Shown: piece by piece, positions 63,942 through 64,000 of the stretch | How positions within the stretch are numbered: the stretch's first letter is position 1 | Layout: each line of letters begins with the position of its first letter | Assembly: GCF_000143415.4 (NCBI RefSeq) | Contig: NW_003314301.1 | Location: 464,745 to 528,744 of the forward strand | Direction of reading: 5' to 3' | DNA length: 64,000 bases | Origin: Selaginella moellendorffii | Lineage: Eukaryota > Plantae > Lycopodiophyta | Position numbers and translations under genes: made by a program | Notes under the pieces: generated by a model | What the model was told of the DNA's origin: nothing | The model's input: the letters and a program-made list of their open reading frames with translations, nothing else | Database searches by the model: none

Positions 63942-64000
63942 CGCTCTCGCTCATGGATTGGCAGAAGACCCTAAAGCTCAACAATCCTCCTAGGGTTTTG

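Overview
Compact land-plant nuclear DNA with ~45-60 nt introns and some GC-AG donors. The gene content is strongly lycophyte-like, most likely Selaginella; this is an inference. From left to right: decayed Ty3/gypsy and PPR relics; a decayed secreted Hedgehog-type Hint (Hog) gene (4.66-5.59 kb); NUA/TPR (5.8-14.3 kb); an inverted MITE pair; and a 23.8-kb nested transposon block (16150-39987). That block is one LTR element with TCTTT TSD, PBS and PPT. It contains two solo LTRs, LINE-like debris and a young full-length LTR element (22495-36537, GGAGG TSD). The young element in turn carries a 6.4-kb TIR DNA transposon (28069-34455, TTTA TSD). This innermost element is the most unusual object in the window. 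It has a Sola-like transposase, a divergent ParB/Srx-like cargo gene and about a dozen dispersed copies of a 24-bp palindrome (consensus AATGGCATGWGGCCWCAYGCCATT), mostly in introns and spacers, which is reminiscent of ParB/parS. The right third is gene-dense: a small hypothetical gene head-to-head with NRPB1, a bifunctional miltiradiene-synthase-like diterpene synthase, a Crinkler-like NTPase+REase pseudogene, a pectin acetylesterase and TONSOKU. All calls are by eye from the sequence and the ORF track; no database searches were run.
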